Assembly (NCBI GenBank): GCA_016194745.1
Contig: JACQBA010000013.1
Span: forward strand, 128,822-192,821
DNA: 64,000 nucleotides
From: Elusimicrobiota bacterium
Lineage (GTDB): Bacteria; Elusimicrobiota; Elusimicrobia; UBA1565; JACRDR01
Reading direction: 5' to 3'
Shown here: positions 27,198 through 35,862 of the stretch, in pieces
Layout of the letters: every line of letters starts with the position of its first letter
Position numbering within the stretch: position 1 is the first letter of the stretch
The notes under the pieces: model-generated
Told to the model about the DNA's origin: nothing
Seen by the model: the letters and a program-made list of their open reading frames with translations, nothing else
Database searches by the model: none
Program-made: the position numbers and the translations under genes

Positions 27198-28017
27198 CGG
27201 CGACCTCCCGCGCGCGCCGCGCCTCGGCTTCGAGCCGCTCGAACGCTGGGATATTCCCGTCCCACTCGATCAACGCCGGAACTCCGCCGAAGCGCCGCGC
27301 CGCGTCGCCGAAGAGCGACCACACCGGATCCGAGATGGGATGGTCGTGCGTGTCGATCAAGAATCCTTCGGCGATCGAATAGCCGGCCAAATGCATATAG
27401 CCCACGCGCTCGCGCGGGATGGCTTCCAAGTATCGCCGCGGGTCGAAGCCGTGATTGACCGAGCTCACGTAAACGTTGTTGACGTCCAAGAGGACGCCGC
27501 AGTCGGCGCGGCGGGCGATCTCGGCGACGAACTCCCACTCGGTCATCGTCGAGTGGCCGTAGCTCAGGTAGGAGGAGACGTTTTCAAGAAGGATCCGCCG
27601 GCCAAGGAGGTCCTGGACCTTCCGAACGCGGGAAGCGACATGCTCGATCGCCCCCTCGTCGTAGGGCAGCGGCAGAAGATCGTGGAGGTTCCTCATGTCC
27701 ACGCCCGTCCAGCATAGGTGGTCGGAGACGTGCGCCGGCTCGACCAAGGCGACGAGCGTCTTGAGTCGCTTGAGATACTCCGCGTCGAGCGGGTCGACCG
27801 AGCCCACGTTGAGCGACACTCCGTGCAGCGCTACGGGATAGTCTCGGCGCACCGCCAGGAGCTTCTCGAGCGGCCGGCCGCCTGAGCCGCCCCGCGGTCC
27901 CATATAGTTCTCGGACACAGCCTCGAACCAAGGGACCGCGGGTCGGCGGTTCAGCACGTGCTCGTAATGCGGCGGCCGCAGGCCGAGACCGACCCCGGCG
28001 AGCCGCACCGAGCCCAT
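27172..28017 (-). CDS. DUF692 family protein: multinuclear non-heme iron oxidative enzyme (MNIO; MbnB/TglH/BufB family), TIM-barrel/xylose-isomerase-like fold
   Basis: 281 aa. LAGVGLGLRPPHY...FEAVSENYMG...HGVSLNVGS...DHLCW...LLENVSSY...HLAGYS...DTHDH: conserved His/Asp/Glu metal ligands in the spacing seen in MbnB-type enzymes. Start is 1 nt after the stop of the precursor gene. Confidence 0.8.
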   Translation of the reverse strand: MGSVRLAGVGLGLRPPHYEHVLNRRPAVPWFEAVSENYMGPRGGSGGRPLEKLLAVRRDYPVALHGVSLNVGSVDPLDAEYLKRLKTLVALVEPAHVSDHLCWTGVDMRNLHDLLPLPYDEGAIEHVASRVRKVQDLLGRRILLENVSSYLSYGHSTMTEWEFVAEIARRADCGVLLDVNNVYVSSVNHGFDPRRYLEAIPRERVGYMHLAGYSIAEGFLIDTHDHPISDPVWSLFGDAARRFGGVPALIEWDGNIPAFERLEAEARRAREVADGALAVAA

Positions 28018-28018
28018 G

Positions 28019-28327
28019 CTATTTCTTCTCCTCTTTCTTCGCCTCGACCGGCGTCAGCGACCCGCCCTCGATCGCGAGGCAGGATTCCTTCGGCATCGGC
28101 AGCCAGCCCTGGCCCTTGCACTTATTGGAGCCGGCGCACTCGTGCCCCTTGCCGCTGCACTTGCCGTGTCCGCCGCACTTGTTGACGCCGTAGCATGGGA
28201 CGTTCTTGTCCTTCGCGGCCTTGCCGCCCTTGTCGGACTTCTTCTCGTCCGCCATGCCGGGCGCCGCGACCGCGGCTCCCATGAGTCCCGCCACCGCCGC
28301 GCTGATGAGCATCTCGCGTTTCGTCAT
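28019..28327 (-). CDS. bufferin-like RiPP precursor: small secreted Cys-rich peptide, DUF2282/BufA-like
   Basis: 102 aa. Sec signal MTKREMLISAAVAGLMGAAVAAPGMA|DEKK. Core PCYGVNKCGGHGKCSGKGHECAGSNKCKGQGWLPMPKESCLAIEGGSL has 6 Cys in CYGx/CxG/CAG/CKGxGW spacing like DUF2282 precursors. Directly upstream of DUF692-DUF2063. Confidence 0.7.
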   Translation of the reverse strand: MTKREMLISAAVAGLMGAAVAAPGMADEKKSDKGGKAAKDKNVPCYGVNKCGGHGKCSGKGHECAGSNKCKGQGWLPMPKESCLAIEGGSLTPVEAKKEEKK

Positions 28328-28929
28328 TTCTTGTCTCCTTTAGTCTCCGATTTCTCCTGGAGCAGCCCTTCGATCTCCAGAGTCATCTTCACCTCGTCCC
28401 CGACTAGGACTCCGCCGGCCTCGACCGCCGAATTCCACGTGAGTCCGAAATCTTTGCGGTCGATCTTGCCCGTCGCGGTGAATCCCGCATGCTCGCGCCC
28501 ATACTTGTCCTTCGTGACGCCGTTGATCTCGAGGTCGAGCGGGATCGTCTTCGTCGTCTCGAGGATCGTGAGCTTACCCCAGAGCTTGGCGCGACTTCCT
28601 TTCATGTCCGATATCTTGGTCGAGACGAAGGTGATCTTCGGGTGCTTCTCCACATCGAAAAAATCCGGCGAGCGAAGGTGCCCGTCCCGCTTCTCGACTT
28701 TCGTGTCGATGCTCGCGGCGTCGATCGACGCCTGCGTCTTCCAGGACGCCGGCTTTCCCTTCTCGTACGAAAACGTGCCTTCGAACTTGTTGAACTGCCC
28801 CATGACGTGCCCGACCAAGTGCCGCACGCGGAACATCACCGTGCTGTGGTCCGGATCGATCACATAGTCGGCCGCGCGCAAAGGCGCCGCCGCGGAAACG
28901 AGCAGCACGGCCATCGTCAATCGCATCAT
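28324..28929 (-). CDS. YceI family periplasmic protein (lipid/polyisoprenoid-binding barrel)
   Basis: 201 aa with signal peptide MMRLTMAVLLVSAAAPLRAADY. Typical YceI N-terminus (YVIDPDHSTVMFRVRHL...) and barrel strands. Stop overlaps the precursor gene start. Confidence 0.8.
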   Translation of the reverse strand: MMRLTMAVLLVSAAAPLRAADYVIDPDHSTVMFRVRHLVGHVMGQFNKFEGTFSYEKGKPASWKTQASIDAASIDTKVEKRDGHLRSPDFFDVEKHPKITFVSTKISDMKGSRAKLWGKLTILETTKTIPLDLEINGVTKDKYGREHAGFTATGKIDRKDFGLTWNSAVEAGGVLVGDEVKMTLEIEGLLQEKSETKGDKK

Positions 28930-29118
28930 GTCTGCCTCCTCAACTGAGTGCGCATTGAACCAAAAATGTTACAGGGTGTCATCCGCCGTACGCGCGCCGA
29001 AACAACGCAGGCCCTTGCGCCCATTTAGGACGGTGGCCAACGGCCCCTCCCTCGGGATGCGATCGGCCCATGCCCCGCGGGCGGCGATGTCCTATTCTGT
29101 CGTCGGAGGACGCACCCC

Positions 29119-29637
29119 ATGAACAAATACGCCTTTGCCGTGCTGATGTTTGCCGCCGGTTTTGGACATGCCCAGACGGCCGAGGAGGTCTGGGTCGAGC
29201 AGGCGCCCATGCGCGCCCTCATGAAGAAGGTCATCGATCATGACGACTTCAAGGTCATGCCGATGATGGGCGCGCAGGGATACTACGAGCTCAAGAGGAC
29301 CGTCCCCGACTCCAATGGCGGCCGCGCGGTCGATTTCGTGACCGTCTGGGGCAATCGAGGCGTCGACGGCTTCGGGATCACCGAGGTCCAACTCGGCTCG
29401 GAGCGCTGGTCCGTTGTGGGACCCGATCGCGTCTACGTGGACAACTGGACGTTCGAGCTCTCGCCTAACGGAGAGAAGCGAGGCTTCGGGCATAACTTCA
29501 TGGTCCAAGCGGACGGCGGCCGCGTCGACGAAATAGGCGGACTCTTCCCGCGCCGAGACGGAAGAGTGGACCTCGAAGGCGCCCGCGCCGAGGCGAGGGC
29601 CAAGCTCGCCCAATTGATCGAGTTTTGGAACAAGTAG
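29119..29637 (+). CDS. hypothetical secreted protein
   Basis: 172 aa. Signal peptide MNKYAFAVLMFAAGFGHAQTAEE. Balanced composition, unlike the overlapping minus-strand ORF 29092..29952, which is Arg/Gly-rich junk. Confidence 0.5.
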   Translation: MNKYAFAVLMFAAGFGHAQTAEEVWVEQAPMRALMKKVIDHDDFKVMPMMGAQGYYELKRTVPDSNGGRAVDFVTVWGNRGVDGFGITEVQLGSERWSVVGPDRVYVDNWTFELSPNGEKRGFGHNFMVQADGGRVDEIGGLFPRRDGRVDLEGARAEARAKLAQLIEFWNK

Positions 29638-29709
29638 ACGGCGAAAGACCCATTTCGAGCGGCCCGTTCGGCACTCGCCCGGCGCCCGGCGGGAAGGCAT
29701 AGTATCGAT

Positions 29710-30591
29710 ATGATCCGTCCGAGCGGGAGGCTCCTCCGGTATTTCGCCGCGTGCTGGCTGTTGGCGGCGCCCGCGGCCCTCGCGGCGGAGCCCCGGTTCC
29801 GGATTCTCCTGGCGCCGGACGTCCCCGTCGACGCCAAAGCCGCCGCCGACCTGGACCGCGTCCGCGGCATCCTTCGCGAGACCTATCCGCTCCTGCCGGA
29901 GAACCTCCGTGCCCTCGCGGCCGAGATTACGTACGTGATCCACCGGGAGCATCCGATCTACGCGCCGGCGTGGTCCGCGGAGGACGATCCGGAATACATC
30001 TTCCCGGACACGAACTTGTTCCCGGCGGGGACGATCAAGGTGAACGTCTCAAAGCACTTCCTCGAGTGGGTCGAAGGCCTCGCGGACGCGAGAGCAGCCG
30101 GGACGCAGCCCGCGGTCGCGGCGCGCAAGATCCACGGCACGATCGCCCACGAGCTCGAGCACGCCCGCCGCTACCGTACCGACCCCATCCCCGACCTCAG
30201 GGTCCCGGACGCCTGCCCGGAGGGACTCTGCCGCCTGGACCTTATAGAAGGAGAGGAGCTCAAGTTCCGGCACGAACGGGAGACCGCGGAACTCGAGGAA
30301 TCGCTGTTCCGCGACGGAGCGCTCGTCGACTTTCGCCGCGAGACTAGAAATTACCGCGCCGCCTTCGAGCCCCCCAAACTCGTTTGGGCGGTCAAGCGGG
30401 CCAACGACGCCCTGGAGTCGGGCGGGGCGCAGGCTCGCGAAGGCGCCCCGGTCCGCGTGAAAACCTGGCGCTCGGACTGGGAGTTCTATACGAACGTACC
30501 GCGCGTCCTTGAGGCCCATCCCTACCTGAAGCAGGTCCAAGCGCGATTTGAGGCGGAGATCGCCCGGCACCTGCGCCTCGCCGCCGAATAG
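29710..30591 (+). CDS. hypothetical secreted protein with HExxH motif (putative zinc metallopeptidase-like)
   Basis: 293 aa. Signal peptide (LLRYFAACWLLAAPAALAAEP); HExxH motif in GTIAHELEHARRY with a downstream Glu-rich segment. No family assigned. Confidence 0.5.
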   Translation: MIRPSGRLLRYFAACWLLAAPAALAAEPRFRILLAPDVPVDAKAAADLDRVRGILRETYPLLPENLRALAAEITYVIHREHPIYAPAWSAEDDPEYIFPDTNLFPAGTIKVNVSKHFLEWVEGLADARAAGTQPAVAARKIHGTIAHELEHARRYRTDPIPDLRVPDACPEGLCRLDLIEGEELKFRHERETAELEESLFRDGALVDFRRETRNYRAAFEPPKLVWAVKRANDALESGGAQAREGAPVRVKTWRSDWEFYTNVPRVLEAHPYLKQVQARFEAEIARHLRLAAE

Positions 30592-30703
30592 CCGTCGTCG
30601 AGAGTTTAGGGTCCCGTGCTGGAGAGGTGAGGGCCTGTTTCCTAACATCCTCTCAGACACGCCACTTCACCCGCTGCTCGAACCTGCGACGAGAAACGGC
30701 AGG

Positions 30704-30736
30704 CCGGACCCGCCGAAAGGCGGGTCCGCGCTTTTC
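30704..30736 (+). terminator. rho-independent terminator
   Basis: GGACCCGCC-gaaa-GGCGGGTCC: perfect 9-bp GC-rich stem with tetraloop, followed by GCGCTTTTC. About 115 nt after the stop of the 29710..30591 gene. Confidence 0.55.
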
Positions 30737-30790
30737 ATGGAACTTTTCGGCCGGAACTGTGTCCAATCTCTAGGCGGAAACGCCGGGAGG

Positions 30791-31273
30791 ATGACGATGA
30801 GAACCAGCCCGCTGGACGATATCCGGATCGCCTCGCCCTGCACCGTATCGTGGAACTCGATGGAAGGCGACGATCGCTCCCGCTTCTGCCATCAATGCCG
30901 GCTCAATGTCTTCAACCTCTCGTCCATGACCCGGGAAGAGGCCGAGCGGCTGATCGAAAGCCGCCAGGGCAAGGTCTGCGTGCGCCTGTATCGCCGCCCG
31001 GATGGGACCGTCCTGACGCAGGACTGCCCGGTCGGACTAAAGGCGATCCGCCTTCGCGTCGCCAAGTTCGCCGCTTTCGCCGCGGGCGTACTCGGCATGC
31101 TCGGGTTCGGCGCTTTCCGCTGGACGCGCTACTTGGATCGAAGTACGCCCACCATGGGCCTCATCGCCATGCCGGCGACCGAGATGATCGGAGACGCGGC
31201 CGCCCCCTCAGCCACCCCCTCGGCCGCCCCCTCCTACGACATGGGCAAGATCTCGGCTCCCGGCCGCCCCTGA
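30791..31273 (+). CDS. hypothetical protein with N-terminal Cys-rich zinc-ribbon-like motif and C-terminal TM helix
   Basis: Start taken at MTMRTSPLDD; the ORF-track ORF starts at 30548. Motif ASPCTVSWNSMEGDDRSRFCHQCRLNVFNLSSMTREEAERLI. Hydrophobic segment FAAFAAGVLGMLGFGAF. Ala/Pro/Ser-rich tail. Confidence 0.45.
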   Translation: MTMRTSPLDDIRIASPCTVSWNSMEGDDRSRFCHQCRLNVFNLSSMTREEAERLIESRQGKVCVRLYRRPDGTVLTQDCPVGLKAIRLRVAKFAAFAAGVLGMLGFGAFRWTRYLDRSTPTMGLIAMPATEMIGDAAAPSATPSAAPSYDMGKISAPGRP

Positions 31274-31285
31274 ACCTTCGCCCAC

Positions 31286-32743
31286 CTAGCGCGATTTGCC
31301 ATGGCCGTTGCCGCCGTGCGTCTCGATGCTGAGGTTGACGTCCGCCGGCGTGAAGTACAGCTGCGCCGTGCCGCGGCTCAGCTTGTCGAGCGCCTCCTGC
31401 TTGCGCAGCAGGCGGAACAGCTCGACCTTGTCCTCGGCCGAGAGGGACGGATTCAGGCCGTCGAGAAAGCCGTTGACGCGAAGTGCCTCGGCTTCCCCCG
31501 CCATCTGCCCTTCCGCCTTCACGTGCTCGCGCTGCATCTCGAGCAGGCGGCCGCGCAGGGACTCGGCCTCCATCTCGCCCGACAGCTGCTTGAGCTTCAC
31601 CTCGTTCTCGCTTTCCTGCTTCTGGAGCCGGTTGAGACGGTCCGTGGTCTCCTGGATGATCTCGGCCAGAGTGTTCTGCGTCGCGGCGTCCTTGCAGGAG
31701 ACCGACCGGACCTCCACGGCATGCAGCACCACGCCCCGCTCGGCGTAGAACGCGTCCAGCCGGCCCATCACCGCGTCCCGGACGATGCCGTTGAATTTCG
31801 CCAGGAACTCTTCGAGCGTCGTCTGGGAGACCGCCTGGATGATCGCGCTGCGGGCGTGCGAACACGTGTCCCCCGGCGCGTCGTCGGTCGTGCGGATCAT
31901 TTTCTCCACGTCGACGATCTGCCAGAAGAACGTGATGTCGATGAGGAGCTCGACGTTGTCCTGCGTCCGCGCCGTCATCTGGAACCACATGAACTTGGGC
32001 CGCGTGTCGAGATGCGTGACCTCGAGTCCTCGTTCGTTCTTCAGCACGCCGGTCGACCATCTCATGGAGACCAGCTCGCTGAAGGGAGGCAGGAAAAACG
32101 ACCTCTCCTCGTCCGTACCGCGCCGCAGCGAGAACCGCCCGTCCTTGTCCTTGATGACCACGGTCTCGTGGTCTTCGAGCCGCACGCGCCGACTCACCTC
32201 CACAATCTCCTCGTTGGGAGCCGGGACGAACGCCTGCGGCTCGGTGACGAGCTGCAGGCCGCCGGTGGCCCTGTCGCGGAGGACCACGGCCAAATCCTCG
32301 CCGATATTCACGGCCTCGCACACCATCCGCCTTTGCCCGGGAGCCTCAAGGGCCTTCTCCGTCGGTCCGAGATAGACCGTCTGCTCCCCGCGTTCCACGC
32401 GGATGACGCCGGTCCGCCCGTCCAGGAGACGGACGTATTCCCCCTTCTTTAAGGTAATCGCCGACAGCGTCTCGAGAACCTCCTCGCTCGCCTTGAGGAA
32501 CAATAGAGTAGGGCCTCGGACCATCTTCAGGTCGCCGGTCAACGTGTCCCGGACTCTCGCGTAGTCCATCGGCCCGAGCAGGGTGCCCTTGCGGCGGGTC
32601 ACCCAGTGCAGGGGCGGCGTCACGTAGACCCGAGGACCGTCGATGGTCCAGCGCGTCGTAAGCCCTTCGATCAGGAGCTGCTCGTCTTCCTTCAAGAAAA
32701 ACACCCAAGGGATCATGATTGCCTCCGCCGTCCTGGCAAGCAT
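31286..32743 (-). CDS. SPFH/band-7-like protein with N-terminal repeats resembling major-vault-protein repeats, and C-terminal coiled coil
   Basis: Start uncertain (32743 or 32716; the ORF runs to 32782). Repeated modules of ~50 aa (GEYVRLLDGRTGVIRVERGEQTVYLGPTE; VVIKDKDGRFSLRRGTDEERSFFLPPFSE). SPFH-like core (LLIDITFFWQIVDVEKMIRTT...). Coiled coil (LNRLQKQESENEVKLKQLSGEMEAESLRGRLLEMQREH). Confidence 0.45.
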   Translation of the reverse strand: MLARTAEAIMIPWVFFLKEDEQLLIEGLTTRWTIDGPRVYVTPPLHWVTRRKGTLLGPMDYARVRDTLTGDLKMVRGPTLLFLKASEEVLETLSAITLKKGEYVRLLDGRTGVIRVERGEQTVYLGPTEKALEAPGQRRMVCEAVNIGEDLAVVLRDRATGGLQLVTEPQAFVPAPNEEIVEVSRRVRLEDHETVVIKDKDGRFSLRRGTDEERSFFLPPFSELVSMRWSTGVLKNERGLEVTHLDTRPKFMWFQMTARTQDNVELLIDITFFWQIVDVEKMIRTTDDAPGDTCSHARSAIIQAVSQTTLEEFLAKFNGIVRDAVMGRLDAFYAERGVVLHAVEVRSVSCKDAATQNTLAEIIQETTDRLNRLQKQESENEVKLKQLSGEMEAESLRGRLLEMQREHVKAEGQMAGEAEALRVNGFLDGLNPSLSAEDKVELFRLLRKQEALDKLSRGTAQLYFTPADVNLSIETHGGNGHGKSR

Positions 32744-32915
32744 AGCCGGCCCTCTCCCGGGACTCCATCGGACTATGGTCAACGGGCTCCGTGATTGTCG
32801 TCACGCTCCGATCGTGGAAACGGAGTTTCGCCTGCGAAGGACCCAAGCTTCGAAGACCCTCTCGGCTCATGCGCCCCGCCTCCGATAGAGGTATGCTCTG
32901 GAAAAGGAGCCTTGA

Positions 32916-33455
32916 ATGAAACGCTTCGCGCTGATCGCCGTATTGACCTCGCTCGGTCTCGCCGAGAGCGCCGCCGCGCAGATCACCCGCCCGGAATATT
33001 CGAGTCTCGCGGGGTGCCCCGTGATCTCTCACGGACCGGACTGGCATTACGTGGACTGCGGCGGCGTGCGCGGCTATAAGATTCTCGTCGCCCACTCCTG
33101 GGGCAGGCCTGGATTGGAGCTCAAGACGCCGGACGGGGGCAAGCTCGGATCCCTCAATTTCGACTTCTTCGGTCCTTTGAGCAGCCGCCTCAGCTGGGAC
33201 ATCGGCGACCGAGCGGAATGGCGCATCCGCGGCGACGAGTCCGCCGCGGCTCCCGTCGCCCTGATCGTCCGTGTCACGCTTCGGTACTACCCCGAGAACG
33301 GTCGCGGCAGACCCTCCTATCTGACCGTGTCCAAGATCGGCCCCGACGGCACGTGCGTTACGGACTCCATTCCTCCGGGCCCCCAACAAGAGATGCTCGC
33401 CGCTCAAGCCGCCGAAACAGCGCCGTCTAGGAACTGCCTGGCCGCCGGAAAGTAG
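32916..33455 (+). CDS. hypothetical secreted protein
   Basis: 179 aa. Signal peptide MKRFALIAVLTSLGLAESAAAQ; 4 Cys; no family recognised. Confidence 0.5.
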   Translation: MKRFALIAVLTSLGLAESAAAQITRPEYSSLAGCPVISHGPDWHYVDCGGVRGYKILVAHSWGRPGLELKTPDGGKLGSLNFDFFGPLSSRLSWDIGDRAEWRIRGDESAAAPVALIVRVTLRYYPENGRGRPSYLTVSKIGPDGTCVTDSIPPGPQQEMLAAQAAETAPSRNCLAAGK

Positions 33456-33523
33456 CGGATTGGAACAATCTTCCCAAGGCCGGCCCTGCGCGAATTTGGT
33501 ATCATGGAGGCGTTCGTCCTCCG

Positions 33524-33994
33524 ATGTCCATTAAAACCGTCGCTCTGAAGGAAAAGCTCGGGCACATCGACAGCCTGGTAATTCCCATCGTTGTCGACGA
33601 GTCTGCCACCTATAAGGAAGTCGTTTCCAAGATGGCGGCTCAGGACCGCGGCTCGGTCATCGTCACCAGGAAGGGCGCCGTCGTCGGCATTTGGACGGAA
33701 CGTGACCTGCTATTCAAGTGCGTGCTGGAGAAGGTGAAGGCCAGCACGCCGATCGGCGAGTTGATGACACCCAAGCCGATCATCCTGCGCGAAGACGACA
33801 CGCTGGGCAAGGCGATCGAAGTCATGCACGAGAAGGGCGTGCGCAACCTGCCGCTCGTCGACGCCAAGGGCAAGCCCAAGGCGATCGTGACGGTCGGACG
33901 GGTCATCCGCTACCTCGCGGACCATTTCCCGGCGGAGGTCGTCAATCTGCCGCCGGTACTCAATCAAGTGACGTCGGACCCCGAAGGGGCCTGA
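33524..33994 (+). CDS. CBS domain pair protein
   Basis: 156 aa. Two CBS motifs (VIVTRKGAVVGIWTERDLL; VRNLPLVDAKGKPKAIVTVGRVIRYL). Ends 10 nt before korA. Confidence 0.8.
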   Translation: MSIKTVALKEKLGHIDSLVIPIVVDESATYKEVVSKMAAQDRGSVIVTRKGAVVGIWTERDLLFKCVLEKVKASTPIGELMTPKPIILREDDTLGKAIEVMHEKGVRNLPLVDAKGKPKAIVTVGRVIRYLADHFPAEVVNLPPVLNQVTSDPEGA

Positions 33995-34004
33995 CACCAA
34001 ATCC

Positions 34005-35858
34005 ATGGAAACCACCACTACAAAACCTGTTGAAGAGATCGATTCAGTCACCATCCGCTTCGCCGGCGACTCAGGAGACGGCATCCAGCTGACCGGCGGC
34101 CAATTCACGACGGCCACGGCCTTGGCCGGCAACGACCTGAGCACGCTGCCCGACTACCCGGCCGAGATCCGGGCCCCCGCGGGAACTCTCCCGGGCGTCA
34201 GCGGCTTCCAGATACATTTCAGTTCGCGCGACGTCCTGACGCCCGGCGACGCGCCGCAGGTGCTGGTCGCGATGAACCCCGCCGCGCTCAAGGCGAACAT
34301 CAAGGACCTGGAGGCGGGCGGAACCATCCTCGTCAATACCGACGCCTTCAACGCGACCTCCTTCAAGAAGGCCGGCATCTCCACCAATCCGCTCGAGGAC
34401 GGCAGCCTCAAGGGCTTCCGCGTCATCCCGATCGCGCTGACGACCCTCACCGACAACGCGCTGAAGGGCATGAACATGACGCGCACGCAGGTCGACCGCT
34501 GCAAGAACTTCTTCGCGCTCGGCATCATGTATTGGCTTTATGAACGGCCCATCGAGTCTACGATGAGCTGGATCCAGAAGAAGTTCAAGAAGGTCCCGGA
34601 GATCGCCAAGGCGAACACTCTCGCGCTCCAGGCCGGCCACGCGTACGCGGAGACGACGGAGATCTTCGAGCACCACTACCGGGTCAAAAAGGCCCCCATC
34701 AAGCCCGGACGCTACCGCAACATCATGGGCAACGAGGCGGCCGCGCTGGGACTCATCGCGGCCTCCAAGCTCTCCGCGCGGCCGCTCTATTACGGCTCCT
34801 ACCCGATCACGCCGGCCTCGGACATCCTCCACGAGCTCTCCAAGCACAAGGCGTTCGAGGTAAGGACATTCCAGGCGGAGGACGAGATCGCGGCGATCGG
34901 AGCGGCCATCGGCGCGTCGTTCGGCGGCCACTTGGCGGTCACCGGCACGAGCGGACCCGGCGTCGCGCTGAAAAGCGAGGCGATCGGCCTGGCCGTCATG
35001 ACCGAGCTGCCGCTCGTCATCGTGAACATCCAGCGCGGAGGCCCGTCGACCGGACTTCCCACGAAGACCGAGCAGGCGGACCTGCTCCAGGCGCTCTTCG
35101 GCCGCAACGGAGAATGCCCCGTCCCCGTCGTCTCCGCGGCGACGCCCGGCGAGTGCTTCACGATGGTGATCGAAGCGTGCCGCATCGCGCTGAAATACAT
35201 GACGCCCGTCTTCTTCCTCTCGGACGGCTATCTCGGCAACGGCTCCGAGCCGTGGCTGGTGCCCGACGTCTCGAAGCTGCCCAGCCTCAAGGTGGCCAAC
35301 GCGGTCAGAAGCGACGAGAAATTCCTTCCGTACAAGCGCGACCCCCAGACGCTCGCGCGGCCGTGGGCGGTCCCCGGAACGGCCGGACTCGAGCACCGCA
35401 TCGGCGGGCTCGAAAAGCAGGATGTCACGGGCAACGTCAACTACGAGCCCGACAACCACGAGCACATGGTCCGCACGCGCGCGGCGAAGGTCGCCGGGAT
35501 CGCCAAGGACATCCCTCCGACGCCGATCCTCGGGCCCAAGAAGGGCAAGGTGCTGATCGTCGGCTGGGGCTCGACCTACGGCGCCATCACGGCCGCGGTG
35601 CGCGAGTTCCACGCGAAGGAGGACTCGGTCGCGGCGATCCACCTGCGGCACTTGAATCCCCTGCCGCCGGACCTCGGCGAGATCCTCTTCAACTACGAGA
35701 AGGTGCTCGTGCCCGAAATGAACATGGGGCAGCTGCTGATGCTGCTCCGCTCGAAGTTCCTCGTCCCGGCGATCGGACTCAACAAGATCAAGGGACAGCC
35801 GTTCAAGATATCCGAGATCCGGAACAAGGTCCAGGAGCTCCTGGACTCCAAGGAGTAG
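34005..35858 (+). CDS. korA: 2-oxoacid (2-oxoglutarate):ferredoxin oxidoreductase subunit alpha
   Basis: 617 aa. Fused gamma/alpha-type KorA (RFAGDSGDGIQLTG...; GYPITPASDILHEL; transketolase-like C-terminal domain). Confidence 0.85.
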   Translation: METTTTKPVEEIDSVTIRFAGDSGDGIQLTGGQFTTATALAGNDLSTLPDYPAEIRAPAGTLPGVSGFQIHFSSRDVLTPGDAPQVLVAMNPAALKANIKDLEAGGTILVNTDAFNATSFKKAGISTNPLEDGSLKGFRVIPIALTTLTDNALKGMNMTRTQVDRCKNFFALGIMYWLYERPIESTMSWIQKKFKKVPEIAKANTLALQAGHAYAETTEIFEHHYRVKKAPIKPGRYRNIMGNEAAALGLIAASKLSARPLYYGSYPITPASDILHELSKHKAFEVRTFQAEDEIAAIGAAIGASFGGHLAVTGTSGPGVALKSEAIGLAVMTELPLVIVNIQRGGPSTGLPTKTEQADLLQALFGRNGECPVPVVSAATPGECFTMVIEACRIALKYMTPVFFLSDGYLGNGSEPWLVPDVSKLPSLKVANAVRSDEKFLPYKRDPQTLARPWAVPGTAGLEHRIGGLEKQDVTGNVNYEPDNHEHMVRTRAAKVAGIAKDIPPTPILGPKKGKVLIVGWGSTYGAITAAVREFHAKEDSVAAIHLRHLNPLPPDLGEILFNYEKVLVPEMNMGQLLMLLRSKFLVPAIGLNKIKGQPFKISEIRNKVQELLDSKE

Positions 35859-35862
35859 CGCC

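Noticed and set aside
28940-29118. Possible metal-responsive operator in the divergent promoter between the yceI-bufferin-like operon and the 29119 gene
   Set aside because: Looked for obvious CsoR/CueR-type dyads. None is clear enough by eye to call.
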